Source: an uncultured Candidatus Poseidoniales archaeon
GTDB lineage: Archaea; Thermoplasmatota; Poseidoniia; Poseidoniales; Thalassarchaeaceae
DNA length: 64,000 bases
Assembly (NCBI GenBank): GCA_964645485.1
Contig: CAZXZO010000004.1
Location: 34,352 to 98,351, forward strand
Direction of reading: 5' to 3'
The notes under the pieces are model-generated. The model ran no database searches. It saw nothing but the letters and a program-made list of their open reading frames with translations, and was not told the DNA's origin. How positions within the stretch are numbered: the first letter of the stretch is position 1; each line of letters begins with the position of its first letter. Positions 1 through 10,007 of the stretch are shown here, in pieces. The translations under genes and the position numbers were made by a program.

Positions 1-2
1 TT

Positions 3-644
3 CGTCTTTTCATCGAAGCAGATAACGATGTTCGACCAAAGTTGTTGACCATCATTCCAGGTCGAAAGAAAGAAAGCGACGATGTCACTCCGAATTACAC
101 TGAATTGTTGGCATTAGAAGAAAAAGTGAAGGAATTACGCTTGAAAGGTGTAACCGATATTCAGCGAGCAAACACGCAGAAAGATGCAGGAACTGGAGAA
201 TATTATATCGCTACCATTGGAAGTAATCTAGCAGCAGTAAGTGAATTTGAAGGAATTGACCGTGCTCGAACATACACTAACAACATCACCGAGATCCACC
301 AATATCTAGGGGTTGAGGCGGCACGACAAGCGATAATTAATGAATTAATTTTGACTCTTCAAGATGCACGTTTGGATGTTGATGTAAGACATTTGATTAC
401 TGTAGCCGATGTTATGACAAGTGAAGGCGAAGTTCGTGCAATCGGACGCCACGGTGTTTCAGGAAACAAACACAGTATCTTGGCTCGTGCTGCTTTCGAA
501 GTAACAGTGAACCATCTTCTAAGAGCTGGAATCATTGGCGAACAAGACGAATTAGCTGGAGTTGCTGAGAACATTATTGTTGGACAACCTGTTGCCCTTG
601 GCACTGGTAGTGTTGAACTGTTCTACATCCCAGATGAGGAATAA
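3..644 (+). CDS. rpoA2: DNA-directed RNA polymerase subunit A'' (C-terminal part, 5' truncated by window edge)
   Basis: Frame open from base 3; motifs TNNITEI..LGVEAARQAIINE, DVRHLITVAD.MT..G, GR.GVSG.K.SILARAAFEVT, GVAENIIVGQ. Confidence 0.97.
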   Translation, partial: RLFIEADNDVRPKLLTIIPGRKKESDDVTPNYTELLALEEKVKELRLKGVTDIQRANTQKDAGTGEYYIATIGSNLAAVSEFEGIDRARTYTNNITEIHQYLGVEAARQAIINELILTLQDARLDVDVRHLITVADVMTSEGEVRAIGRHGVSGNKHSILARAAFEVTVNHLLRAGIIGEQDELAGVAENIIVGQPVALGTGSVELFYIPDEE

Positions 645-691
645 TTAAAATCCCACCATGAGAAACAAATGTGGAGTATGGAGGAATAAAA

Positions 692-991
692 ATGGATATA
701 GTAAAACAATTAAAAACAGCGATTAAGAATGGTACCTTGCTATTTGGTCAAAACCAAACTGCAACGGCTTGTGCACATGGGGAAGCGAAATTAGTTATTT
801 TAGCGGCAAATTGCCCCCAAGATTATGTGGAAGAATTACACAGTAGTCATCCAGATATACCCATTCACAGGGTATCGATGGTCAATAGAGAATTAGGCGC
901 TGCTTGCGCAAAGCCATTCCATGTCAGTTCTATTTGTGTGGTTGATGCAGGTAGCAGCGATTTACTCTCATTGAGAAGTAACCTTGAATGA
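692..991 (+). CDS. rpl30e: 50S ribosomal protein L30e
   Basis: L7Ae/L30e fold motifs (KLVILAANCP, ELGAACAKPFHVSSICVVDAGSSDLL); canonical position after rpoA''; ATG at 692 preferred. Confidence 0.9.
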   Translation: MDIVKQLKTAIKNGTLLFGQNQTATACAHGEAKLVILAANCPQDYVEELHSSHPDIPIHRVSMVNRELGAACAKPFHVSSICVVDAGSSDLLSLRSNLE

Positions 992-1080
992 TTCCGCGAA
1001 ATCAGTTTAACTCTGAATCTGGCCCTAAAGGGCCAACATCAAGGCGAGCATTGATGTGTCAATGAAGTAGCCGAGCATCA

Positions 1081-2037
1081 ATGACAGTTTCTTTACCGTC
1101 AGTTCTCAAAGAACTTGGAATTGAAGTAAAGTCTGTATCCATCATTTCTAGAACTCCGGGAATTAATTGTTTGGGGATTATTGAATCCATAACAAATTCT
1201 GATGCTGGTTGCCCTGTGCAAACAGGAACCCACATCTGGCATGCTCAACCCGGTTGGGCACCGATTGACAGAATGGAATTGGAGCGCTGGATAGTGGATG
1301 CGCCTGATGGTTCACATTGGCTCGTTTCAGAACGGAGATTAATTGATTTAGACCGAACAACGGTTTCTGAACGAATTAACTTGGTACTTTGGGGATGCGA
1401 GGAACTTTCAAATTGGCTTGGTAAATCGATCCTCAATGGCAAATTAAACTTACAATTTGATGAAACACCGGCTTCTCCCACAATAGGTGGAATTACCAAG
1501 AGAGCAGTCAAATCGGCTCCTAAAATTCCTAAAGCACAGGCAATCAAACCAATTATCAAACTGACAGAATGGCTTTCACAACGTGGATATGAGCGATTGG
1601 AAGTACGGCCAGTGTTACTTGAAGGAAAAAGTTGGCAAATTGATGGCCATCTACTTGGCCCAGAAGGAACTAAGGAAAGGCAGCGCTGGTCGTTAATCGA
1701 AGACCCTTTTTCAGGCCAACTAACAAGAATGGGTGATTCCGAACCCCTACCGTTTGTACCCCAACTCGAGAAGATCTCTCCTAGGTCATGGAAAACTATG
1801 GAGATGGTGCGCTCTGAACTGCCCTCAGTGTGTGAGGAACGGAGACATTGGAGAGTTAGTCAAACTTCGGATGGGGGGAATGTTCACGGGAGTATCCTGC
1901 ATTGGTGGCGCATTGAGGAGAAGGTTGCCCAAATGACTTCTTCACCTATCTTGATACCCGGATGGCAAGTTGATTTCCCAAGTAATGGGTGGATGATTGT
2001 ACACGGTTTAAGTGGTGAAATACTAAATCTTCCTTGA
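1081..2037 (+). CDS. Hypothetical protein (318 aa)
   Basis: Long ORF, no recognised motif. Confidence 0.7.
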   Translation: MTVSLPSVLKELGIEVKSVSIISRTPGINCLGIIESITNSDAGCPVQTGTHIWHAQPGWAPIDRMELERWIVDAPDGSHWLVSERRLIDLDRTTVSERINLVLWGCEELSNWLGKSILNGKLNLQFDETPASPTIGGITKRAVKSAPKIPKAQAIKPIIKLTEWLSQRGYERLEVRPVLLEGKSWQIDGHLLGPEGTKERQRWSLIEDPFSGQLTRMGDSEPLPFVPQLEKISPRSWKTMEMVRSELPSVCEERRHWRVSQTSDGGNVHGSILHWWRIEEKVAQMTSSPILIPGWQVDFPSNGWMIVHGLSGEILNLP

Positions 2038-2064
2038 GCGCAAAATAACGAATAATTAGCATCG

Positions 2065-2757
2065 CTAATCAAACAGTGGGCCTAAGATTGTCACTCCACC
2101 TGCACTAATGTCAATGGCTTGCTTTTCCATACTGTGTCGCAAATGCCTCATTTTTTCTATTTGCATTGTCCGGACAATTTTTCCATTTCTTCTATCTAAT
2201 CCTAGGTTGATGATTCCATCTGCAATGAACCCTTCATTTCCTTGTAATTCAGCATGTTCGCCAGTTTGCCTCTCTGTGATAATGATGGTGTACAAGCCTT
2301 GAGTTCTGAGGAAGTCGAAGAATCCAAACATCTTCTTCCTCATCTCAGCGTCAACGCTAGTTAGGCTGTAAATTGCTCCAAGGCTATCAAGTACGAAAAC
2401 AGAGAATTGGTCGCCTCTTTCTTGCTTAAAGTGTTGAATCATTCGCCGCGTAAACTTGAGGTAATCCATTGCTTCATTTTCCTTTCTCAATTCGGTTAAA
2501 TCTGTGATTTGCAAGTTAGGTGGTAGTTCAAGACCCATTGAATTACATGTTTTAAGCAGGCTGTCAACGGTTTCTTCAACTGTGCAATATAATCCAAACC
2601 CACCTGTTCTTCGCAAATGATTAGAGATTATAGAGAGGGAAAAACTGGTTTTCATTGAGCCAGGAGGGCCAGTTAGTAGACTCAGATATGGTGGTTCCGC
2701 GTCTCGACTTAGTACCCGCTCCATTCCTGCAATGCCGCCAATATACATAGTTCCCAT
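2065..2757 (-). CDS. KaiC/RAD55-family P-loop ATPase (single domain)
   Basis: Walker A GPPGSMKT, Walker B VFVLDSL, C-terminal R.MQIEKMR; ATG at 2757 preferred over TTG at 2826. Confidence 0.85.
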   Translation of the reverse strand: MGTMYIGGIAGMERVLSRDAEPPYLSLLTGPPGSMKTSFSLSIISNHLRRTGGFGLYCTVEETVDSLLKTCNSMGLELPPNLQITDLTELRKENEAMDYLKFTRRMIQHFKQERGDQFSVFVLDSLGAIYSLTSVDAEMRKKMFGFFDFLRTQGLYTIIITERQTGEHAELQGNEGFIADGIINLGLDRRNGKIVRTMQIEKMRHLRHSMEKQAIDISAGGVTILGPLFD

Positions 2758-2934
2758 GAAGGCGATTTTATACTCAGTATTTATTGTTGTTGAAAGCACA
2801 CACTGAATATCTGCTTGAATTGTCAATATACATCTAAAGCCATTAAAATCATAGTGGTTAAATGCCCCACCTCAGTCGAAGGCTTGTGAAGTACCGGCCC
2901 TATGGGCCGTGAGAATGAGATTGGGAGCTGGTGA

Positions 2935-3792
2935 TTGATGCAGGCGGTATTGAAAGATATCATTTCCAGCACAGAACATTTCATCACAAAACACCAAGAA
3001 CAACGTGACGAGTGGAACGCAAAAGTTGTTGAGAATAAGTCTCGCCGAGAACAAGTAAATGGTCAGAAGCGAGAGATATATGATGAAATCGAGCGCCAGC
3101 GTACAGTTCGTGATAAAGAAAATTCGAGTGTCAGAGAAGCCAAGGCTGAGCGAGAAAATGCAAATAAAGAATTTAATGCACTTCGAACTCAAATCCATGG
3201 AGCTGATGCTGATTCTAGAGGTAAGCGTAAAGAGGGCGATAGTCCCGAATTTATCCGCAAAAAGATGAGGGCTCTTGAGGATAGATACGAGCGAGGACAA
3301 TTCACAGGGAAGAAGGCTGAGAAGCAATTCCAGAACGATATGAAACAATTTGCTCGTAAATTAAGAGAGGCTGAGGCAAAGAGGAAGCCAACTGGTGGGA
3401 CTGATTCAAACAGTCAACTCGATGCTCTACGCGAGGCTTGTGATGCGGCCCACAACCGTGTAATTTCGGCAGCAGATGCTGCTCAGGCTGCTCATGATTT
3501 GATGGGTAAGTTGAATGATGAGACTCGGCGTTTGAATAATGAGCATGAGTTGGCACATAGGGCTTTTGTAACAGCAAAAGTGGAAGCAGACAGGGAACAT
3601 GAACACTATATTGTAGCAATGCGTTGCATTTGGAGTTCAAGAAATCTGCTAAAGGCATCGCAAGACCGCGCTGAAGGAATACAACCGTCCAAGGCAGATG
3701 CACTGCCTGCAAATGTCGACTTGATGAGCGCTTTAATGTCTGGAAAAACTCTCTCTACAGAACAATTGATGACTATGAAGCGTGACGATTGA
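2935..3792 (+). CDS. Archaeal coiled-coil protein (COG1340-like), paralog 1
   Basis: Continuous E/K/R/Q/A heptads; C-terminal LMSGKTLSTEQL motif. Confidence 0.75.
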   Translation: MMQAVLKDIISSTEHFITKHQEQRDEWNAKVVENKSRREQVNGQKREIYDEIERQRTVRDKENSSVREAKAERENANKEFNALRTQIHGADADSRGKRKEGDSPEFIRKKMRALEDRYERGQFTGKKAEKQFQNDMKQFARKLREAEAKRKPTGGTDSNSQLDALREACDAAHNRVISAADAAQAAHDLMGKLNDETRRLNNEHELAHRAFVTAKVEADREHEHYIVAMRCIWSSRNLLKASQDRAEGIQPSKADALPANVDLMSALMSGKTLSTEQLMTMKRDD

Positions 3793-3797
3793 AGTAG

Positions 3798-4964
3798 GTG
3801 CCAGGAATGATTGATTCAACTGATATCTCGGACATTCTCAACGATTATGATCGCATGAAGTTACGTATTGGCATGACAGCAAGCCACTCAGCACTGGATA
3901 TCTGTGATGGTGCGATAGAAGAAGGATTTCCTACTGTCGCATACTGTCAAAAGGGAAGAGAGAAGACCTACTCCGAATATTTCAAAACTGTACGCAACCA
4001 TTCTGGAAGAGTAACAAGAGGAATGGTTGACAAGGCAATAGTTCTTGACCGGTTTGATAATGTTTTGAACCCATCATTTCAAGCAGCAATGAGGGATAGG
4101 AATGTGGTATATATTCCCAATCGCTCCTTCACATCTTATTGTGGAATGCAACAAATTGAGGACGATTTCAGGGTGCCTATGTTTGGCAGCCGCAATATGT
4201 TGAGAATGGAAGAGAGAACCGAAGATCAAGATTATTATTGGATTCTTGATAAGGCTGGATTACCTTATCCTGAAGCAATTGAGAACCCACAAGATATTGA
4301 TTGTCTTGTGATTGTTAAATTACATCACGCTGAAAAGAAACTTGAGCGAGGTTTCTTCACTTGTGCCTCTTATTCTGAATATCAAGAAAAATCAGAGTCA
4401 CTTCTCAAACAGGGTGTTATTGATGAGGCAAGTTTAGCAGGTGCTAGAATTGAACGGTATGTGGTTGGACCTGTTTTCAACCTCAATTTTTTCTATAGTC
4501 CGTTAGAAGAGGAGATGCCCAAACTCGAATTACTTGGTGTTGATTGGAGATTTGAATCAAGTTTAGATGGTCATGTGAGGCTTCCTGCACCCCAACAAAT
4601 GACTATGCCAATCCATCAGCAAATACCAGAGATGACTGTTGTAGGGCACAATACCGCTACCATTAGAGAAAGCCTACTTGAGGAGGCTTTTGAGTTGGGT
4701 GAAAAATTCATCACCGCAAGCAAAGAGCATTATGACCCGGGAATTATTGGGCCATTTTGTTTACAAACATGTATTGACAAAGACATGAATTATTCAATTT
4801 ACGATGTTGCTCCACGAGTCGGTGGAGGTACTAATGTGCACGTCAGTGTTGGTCACCCTTACGGAAATGCCACTTGGCGCAAACCAATGAGTAGTGGGCG
4901 CAGAATAGCCATGGAATTACGAAATGCGGTCGAGCAAGATAGGCTTGACGAAGTACTCACTTGA
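3798..4964 (+). CDS. purP: Formate-dependent FAICAR synthetase PurP family (ATP-grasp)
   Basis: ASHSALDICDGA.EEGF.T, YIPNRSFTSY, VVGHN..TIRESLLE, GIIGPFCLQ, DVAPRVGGGTN, GRRIAMELRNA. Confidence 0.88.
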   Translation: MPGMIDSTDISDILNDYDRMKLRIGMTASHSALDICDGAIEEGFPTVAYCQKGREKTYSEYFKTVRNHSGRVTRGMVDKAIVLDRFDNVLNPSFQAAMRDRNVVYIPNRSFTSYCGMQQIEDDFRVPMFGSRNMLRMEERTEDQDYYWILDKAGLPYPEAIENPQDIDCLVIVKLHHAEKKLERGFFTCASYSEYQEKSESLLKQGVIDEASLAGARIERYVVGPVFNLNFFYSPLEEEMPKLELLGVDWRFESSLDGHVRLPAPQQMTMPIHQQIPEMTVVGHNTATIRESLLEEAFELGEKFITASKEHYDPGIIGPFCLQTCIDKDMNYSIYDVAPRVGGGTNVHVSVGHPYGNATWRKPMSSGRRIAMELRNAVEQDRLDEVLT

Positions 4965-4979
4965 GTATCACACTGTTAG

Positions 4980-5354
4980 TTACAGAAGTTGAAGTAATTG
5001 TGTAGATGCAATTTCCATTTGTTTTCGCACCATCCCAAGATTAACACCTTTCTCTGTTTTGCATACAATTGAGTAAGAATTGTTGATTTTCGAAACGGCT
5101 AAAATCCCCTCTTCACCATTCAAAGTTACAATTTTGGGTTCACCGAGTTGAATATTAGAAAGTAGTAAATTTGCAGTATTTACGATTGAAGGAATTAGCG
5201 AGCCAATTCCTTCAAGGAACAATGCTGGCGCACCTTCGACTTCATGGATGAATCCCTCCATCGAGCAGATTGCACACCAGGAAACGCCATCAATCTTGGC
5301 GACCTCCTTGACAATGTTAGACTTCACTTTACTCACGTGTACAAGGGAGGTCAA
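4980..5354 (-). CDS. Roadblock/LC7 (MglB-like) domain protein
   Basis: About 120 aa; IDGV..CAICSMEG, LGEPKIVTLNGEEG, NLGMVRKQM pattern typical of the family. Confidence 0.75.
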   Translation of the reverse strand: MTSLVHVSKVKSNIVKEVAKIDGVSWCAICSMEGFIHEVEGAPALFLEGIGSLIPSIVNTANLLLSNIQLGEPKIVTLNGEEGILAVSKINNSYSIVCKTEKGVNLGMVRKQMEIASTQLLQLL

Positions 5355-5378
5355 TAAAGAAGGTGCGTAATCATACGC

Positions 5379-6434
5379 TCATTCTTCTCGTCTTTGATGA
5401 GAGCGAGCAACGCCTCGCCGAGGTTGAGTTTTGCTTCTCCCACCTCTTCTAGAACCTTGTTTTTTCTTCTTTGAAGTCTTTTTGTTAGTGGATTCTTGTA
5501 ATTGGGATAATCCTCCCGTCTCGAGTATTCTCGCCATATCTTCCATCGACAAAGTGCCGCCACTCATTGCATGTTCTCGGAGTGTGTTGATTCGCTTGCG
5601 AACTTTTCTGCCTCGCTTCTCATCTTCCTTGCGAATTCTACTAAAGGATTCAAGGCGGCCAATTTCCCTCTTTACTCGGCGTAATTCTGATCGTTGGCTA
5701 CGAATAGAGTCGAGCATTTTTTCGATGCGGTTATTGAGGTCTTTCTCCTCCTTTCTGCTAATTTTTGTGCCTTCTAAGCGAGGATTTTCATCTGCTGCTT
5801 TCGCGGCAATTCCACTGGATTCTTCTTGCAAACCATCAAGTTTCTTGATGGTTTCTTTTTGCATTCTAATCATCTCTACAAAATTTTGGTGGGATGCATC
5901 AGACTGAAGCTTGAGTTTGTGCATTACTTTTAGTTCAAAGAAGAATGAGAATTTTTGGATTTCATTAGCCAGATTTGGTGCTCGACTAGGGTCATCGCGG
6001 ATAGAAGTCAAATCTTTCCATGTTCGCTTGAGCAATCTCTCGATTAGATTCAATGGAGGTGATACTCTTAAGTTGATATCATCGCGAATGGATTTCGCCT
6101 CATTGATTTGTTTATTTCGTTCCCGTAACTCATTCAATAAGTCTCGGCGTTCTTTTGAAACGCCGCCAGAATTATACAATGCTGTGCGGAGTACTTGTAC
6201 CGTTGAAATCAAAGATTTCCGTTCACTTTCTAAAGATTCTAGTTGAGATTCCATCGCTCTTGAGGATGCTCTGTTGTCATTGAGCATATCTTCAATTTCA
6301 TGAGTTTCAAGTTCTCTTAAATCTTCAAAGAAATCTCGTCGAGTTGACTTCTTTCCTTTATTGCCTCTTTTTGAGTTCCGTTTTTTGGACTCTTGTGACT
6401 TTTTCTTGGGCTTGGAATTAGATTGTTTACTCAT
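5379..6434 (-). CDS. Archaeal coiled-coil protein (COG1340-like), paralog 2, with basic N- and C-tails
   Basis: Heptad pattern; C-terminal AMSGGTLSMEDM motif; K/R-rich termini. Confidence 0.75.
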   Translation of the reverse strand: MSKQSNSKPKKKSQESKKRNSKRGNKGKKSTRRDFFEDLRELETHEIEDMLNDNRASSRAMESQLESLESERKSLISTVQVLRTALYNSGGVSKERRDLLNELRERNKQINEAKSIRDDINLRVSPPLNLIERLLKRTWKDLTSIRDDPSRAPNLANEIQKFSFFFELKVMHKLKLQSDASHQNFVEMIRMQKETIKKLDGLQEESSGIAAKAADENPRLEGTKISRKEEKDLNNRIEKMLDSIRSQRSELRRVKREIGRLESFSRIRKEDEKRGRKVRKRINTLREHAMSGGTLSMEDMARILETGGLSQLQESTNKKTSKKKKQGSRRGGRSKTQPRRGVARSHQRREE

Positions 6435-7279
6435 TCTTCCTCACCCCCTTGATTTTTGACAACAGGCCTTTGGGGCATGCTTGATGGTTTTCCTTCTGCT
6501 ACCATTCGGCTAGCAGCCATCAAGTCTCCAGTCCCATCTTTTAGGTCCCCAAATCCACTTTCAATTCGGTGATTCCAGTAACCAACGATGTCATCAGATG
6601 ATGATAAAAGTGATTTTGAACGGTTAAGTTGACTTTGTGCTTCACGTTGTACTTCTTTGTGTTCTGCGTACTTGGTGTGATGCTCACCACTTACTTCTGC
6701 CAAACGTACTAGTTCTACATGAGCGGCATCAGCATCTTCGAGCAATTGCCTATGCATTTTCCATCCATCCCGATATTCTTTCAATTCGGGGTTAGAATCG
6801 AGTCTTTGTGTGACCCATTCTTCGTGGGAGCGAGTAAGTTCACGCATTTGGCGTAGTAATTTCCTTTCACTGTTCAAATCTAGTGCAGATGTTTCAACTT
6901 TTTCGTCGATTTCAGCCAATTTTTGTGCTAGTTTTTCCTTTGCCCACCCTGGGTTCGGATTCTTGAGTTTATTCTCTTCAATTAAAGTCTCACGTAAGCC
7001 TGTAAGTTTCTTTCGCAATTCTTTTGCTTCTGATTGCATTGAATCTCTTTTTGCTTTCAAATGAGAAACCTCATCTGTTGCTTTGTCTCTTTCTTTAAGC
7101 GCTGATTCAACTAAGGGATTCAATTGATCTAACTCTTGCTTTCTATCGCGAACGATTTTTGGCAGAGTATCACTCAATTCGTGACGGCGGGCAATTATTG
7201 CTTGTGCCACTTCCTCTGGAGTCATGGCAAGTAGTGTGCTGACATCCATAGGCAAGCCGCCCACCTGACTATCTCTCAT
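6431..7279 (-). CDS. Archaeal coiled-coil protein (COG1340-like), paralog 3
   Basis: Heptad pattern; central EIDEKVETSALDLNSERKLLRQMREL; 4-bp overlap with the downstream gene. Confidence 0.75.
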   Translation of the reverse strand: MRDSQVGGLPMDVSTLLAMTPEEVAQAIIARRHELSDTLPKIVRDRKQELDQLNPLVESALKERDKATDEVSHLKAKRDSMQSEAKELRKKLTGLRETLIEENKLKNPNPGWAKEKLAQKLAEIDEKVETSALDLNSERKLLRQMRELTRSHEEWVTQRLDSNPELKEYRDGWKMHRQLLEDADAAHVELVRLAEVSGEHHTKYAEHKEVQREAQSQLNRSKSLLSSSDDIVGYWNHRIESGFGDLKDGTGDLMAASRMVAEGKPSSMPQRPVVKNQGGEEE

Positions 7280-7346
7280 AAAGGTGAGGTTTTTCTATCC
7301 GAAGGATAGTAAAGGTCATTCATCCGTCTTGGCGCAGGCAATAACG

Positions 7347-9998
7347 ATGAGGGCCTCCTATGTCCGCCAGACTTTGGCAAGTCTTTGCGTTGTGTTCTTA
7401 GTAATCCCTCTACTTTCTGTGGTTTCTGCTAATGGTTCGGGATTGCTCCTAGACTCGTCATCACTTGTGGTGGTTGGAGATTTAGAAGAAGGGGAAGGTG
7501 ATGTGAATATTTCAATTGATGTTCAATCACATGATGTTGTTTCCCTAGGTGCAATTAACATGACTCTTGTTGAGGGTGAGAGTACAATTATTGCCAGTGA
7601 AAATGTTTCACTTAATCTTAGTTCAGATGAAATCATAACCGTTCAATTCAACATCTCTCAATTAGCAATCGGCCAATACACAATGAATCTAGTACTCTTT
7701 GGTGATGTTGGCACTCCATTTGCCAACTATACAGACTCAATCAGTCAATTTGTCAAGAGATTAGCGCCAGCCACTGGTGAAGTCAGTGACACTAATCAAT
7801 GGCAGATCATTCCAGTTAACCCAAGCACTGGTGAAGCGAGTGGAAACTCATCATTTAGGGACGGAGATGTAGGTTGGGCGGAAGTCCCTGTAAGCAATTC
7901 AGGGGAAGTTGACTTCACCGGCAGTATCGGGTTTGCAGTTGACGACGGGCAGTTTGTTTTTCAAAACCTAACAATTTCACCTTTATCTTCAACTCCTGTG
8001 AATTTTTCAATACCACAACTCTTTGAGAATAATTTGACAACTTTCAGAGTAAATTTGTCTGGTCAAGTAAGTTCACTTGAAATTCAAGTCGGGCCTCCGC
8101 CTTTAGCAAGGCTAGATATCCTTGCAAGCGCTGACAATTCTGCACCTCAATTAGGACAGGAGGTTATGTGGACAGTAAATTTGTCTAATTCTGGAGAAGT
8201 AGCATGGGTAGGGGACCTAAGATGTGCATTTTCTAATTCAGTGGTGTTTAGCGAATCTTTGTACGTAAACCATGGCGAAGGACAATCTCGTCAATTCTCA
8301 TTTTTGGTTCGACCAGGGGATTTGAATTGCTCAGTTGTGAATAATGACAGACTTCATGATGACTCAATAACCAGTTTTTCACACACATACGATATGGATG
8401 CCGCACATTTCTCGACAGCAGGGAGTGCTGGCTTGGCAATTGTTGGAACTAATTTTCATGTTGGTGATGACTTACAAGCAACACTAATCGCTCATAACGG
8501 GGGTGATTACCAAGGAAATGCAAGACTCTCAATTAGTGATTCAGGAGGGTTATCAGAAGGTTTGTCGCGGCAATTTTTTGTCGGGAATAGTTTGCAATTA
8601 GATGTTAGTCACACGCTTCAAGGAAGTGCGGGAAGTCGAATTCTATACTGGGCAGTAGTGAGTGAAGATGGCTTAGTTGATGCAAACCTTTCTGGTCAAG
8701 TTGAAGTCCAGGTTTCACCTTCACAACATTTGGAGGGCGAAATCACTACTGTTGATTGGACTACTTCTGATGGTTTAGTTGCTGAAATTGATTTACAATT
8801 GTCAGAAGGTCGCTCTCGTACTGTCAGAATTCAGGTTGGTCACATGAACGGTGATGATTCTGTGACAGTGATTGATACTGATGTAGAATTGGCACCTGGG
8901 CAACGTACTCTTTCCTTCGATTTAGGTGTACCTTTGGTCGCTGAGGGAGTCTGGCTAACACTGGAAGTTGCAGATTGGCTACCTGCACAATTATCACAAA
9001 TGAATTCCACACGTTCAGTCAGTGAACCAGATGTTAAGCCGAGTGTAATCTTAGGTGTTTCCAATCCTGCAGTACCGGTTAGTGGTGAGTCTGCTACAAT
9101 AGCCTACACTCTCTCAAATGATGGTACTGACAATATCGCCGGGGGAGTTTTGGTTCTCAAGGTGTCTTCAACCAATGAAATACTATGGCAAGAGTCAGCA
9201 CCTTTAGTAGAAGCAGGAGATAGCCAATCGGGAGAAATTAGCCTGGATAATTGGCCTTCTGGGGTGGCTGTGGGCCTACACCTTGAATGGCGAAGTGGTG
9301 GAACTGAAACAATAACCACGAAATCATATCCATCCAAAGCTCCCACTGTTGCTGATTCATTTGATATTCCTTGGGCTGCCATCATTTATGGCGCCATAGC
9401 TGGCATTGTCATCTCAGCAGTGGCACGATTCGTATTTGTTTGGCAAGGAGAGGACCCTGATGAGAGGGCGCAACATCGCCAACAGAGGCGAGATGCTAGA
9501 GCGACTGCCAAGGAAGATGCCAAAAAGAACAGACAGGAGAAGATAAATCCTACAGGCAAACAAGAAGTCGGTTGCCCTTCATGCAGTATGACACTGCGAG
9601 TTCCCAACGATTATGATGGGCAGGCCCGTTGTCCCGCATGTACTCATGTATTCCCAGTGACTCCTGTTCAAACATCTGATTCAGAGCCAGATGGAATAGT
9701 CGATGATGATGAAGATATTGAAGAGCCTGAGAAGTCAGAAATTTCACAATCGAAGAAGCGCGAATTGGGGACTAAAGTTGGCACGGTTTCAACTCAAAAA
9801 GCAACCAAACCAAAACCAGTAGAGAAAAAGCAGGCTAAGCCACAGAGCGCTGACTCTTCAATAGCATCTGCAGAATCTGCAGGAGATGAGATTCGTTGCC
9901 CTGCCTGCGCACAGAGATTGAAGGTTCCTTATGATAGGAGGCCAATTACAGCCAAGTGTCCAAGGTGTGAATCTAAGTTCATGGCAGAAAAAGAATGA
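7347..9998 (+). CDS. Membrane-anchored surface protein with Ig/CARDB-like repeats and two cytoplasmic zinc ribbons
   Basis: Signal peptide; V.NSGEV.F.G and L.N.G.VAW.G CARDB-like motifs; TM IPWAAIIYGAIAGIVISAV; CPSC..CPAC and CPAC..CPRC. Confidence 0.75.
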   Translation: MRASYVRQTLASLCVVFLVIPLLSVVSANGSGLLLDSSSLVVVGDLEEGEGDVNISIDVQSHDVVSLGAINMTLVEGESTIIASENVSLNLSSDEIITVQFNISQLAIGQYTMNLVLFGDVGTPFANYTDSISQFVKRLAPATGEVSDTNQWQIIPVNPSTGEASGNSSFRDGDVGWAEVPVSNSGEVDFTGSIGFAVDDGQFVFQNLTISPLSSTPVNFSIPQLFENNLTTFRVNLSGQVSSLEIQVGPPPLARLDILASADNSAPQLGQEVMWTVNLSNSGEVAWVGDLRCAFSNSVVFSESLYVNHGEGQSRQFSFLVRPGDLNCSVVNNDRLHDDSITSFSHTYDMDAAHFSTAGSAGLAIVGTNFHVGDDLQATLIAHNGGDYQGNARLSISDSGGLSEGLSRQFFVGNSLQLDVSHTLQGSAGSRILYWAVVSEDGLVDANLSGQVEVQVSPSQHLEGEITTVDWTTSDGLVAEIDLQLSEGRSRTVRIQVGHMNGDDSVTVIDTDVELAPGQRTLSFDLGVPLVAEGVWLTLEVADWLPAQLSQMNSTRSVSEPDVKPSVILGVSNPAVPVSGESATIAYTLSNDGTDNIAGGVLVLKVSSTNEILWQESAPLVEAGDSQSGEISLDNWPSGVAVGLHLEWRSGGTETITTKSYPSKAPTVADSFDIPWAAIIYGAIAGIVISAVARFVFVWQGEDPDERAQHRQQRRDARATAKEDAKKNRQEKINPTGKQEVGCPSCSMTLRVPNDYDGQARCPACTHVFPVTPVQTSDSEPDGIVDDDEDIEEPEKSEISQSKKRELGTKVGTVSTQKATKPKPVEKKQAKPQSADSSIASAESAGDEIRCPACAQRLKVPYDRRPITAKCPRCESKFMAEKE

Positions 9999-10007
9999 GG
10001 TGGAACC

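Noticed and set aside
2065-2826. Circadian clock KaiC
   Set aside because: Single domain, no kaiA or kaiB; fits the broad archaeal KaiC/RAD55-like ATPases
5431-6246. Long Ser/Phe/Leu-rich antisense ORFs, and similar ORFs opposite other genes
   Set aside because: Shadow frames of E/K/R-rich real genes with no independent protein signal
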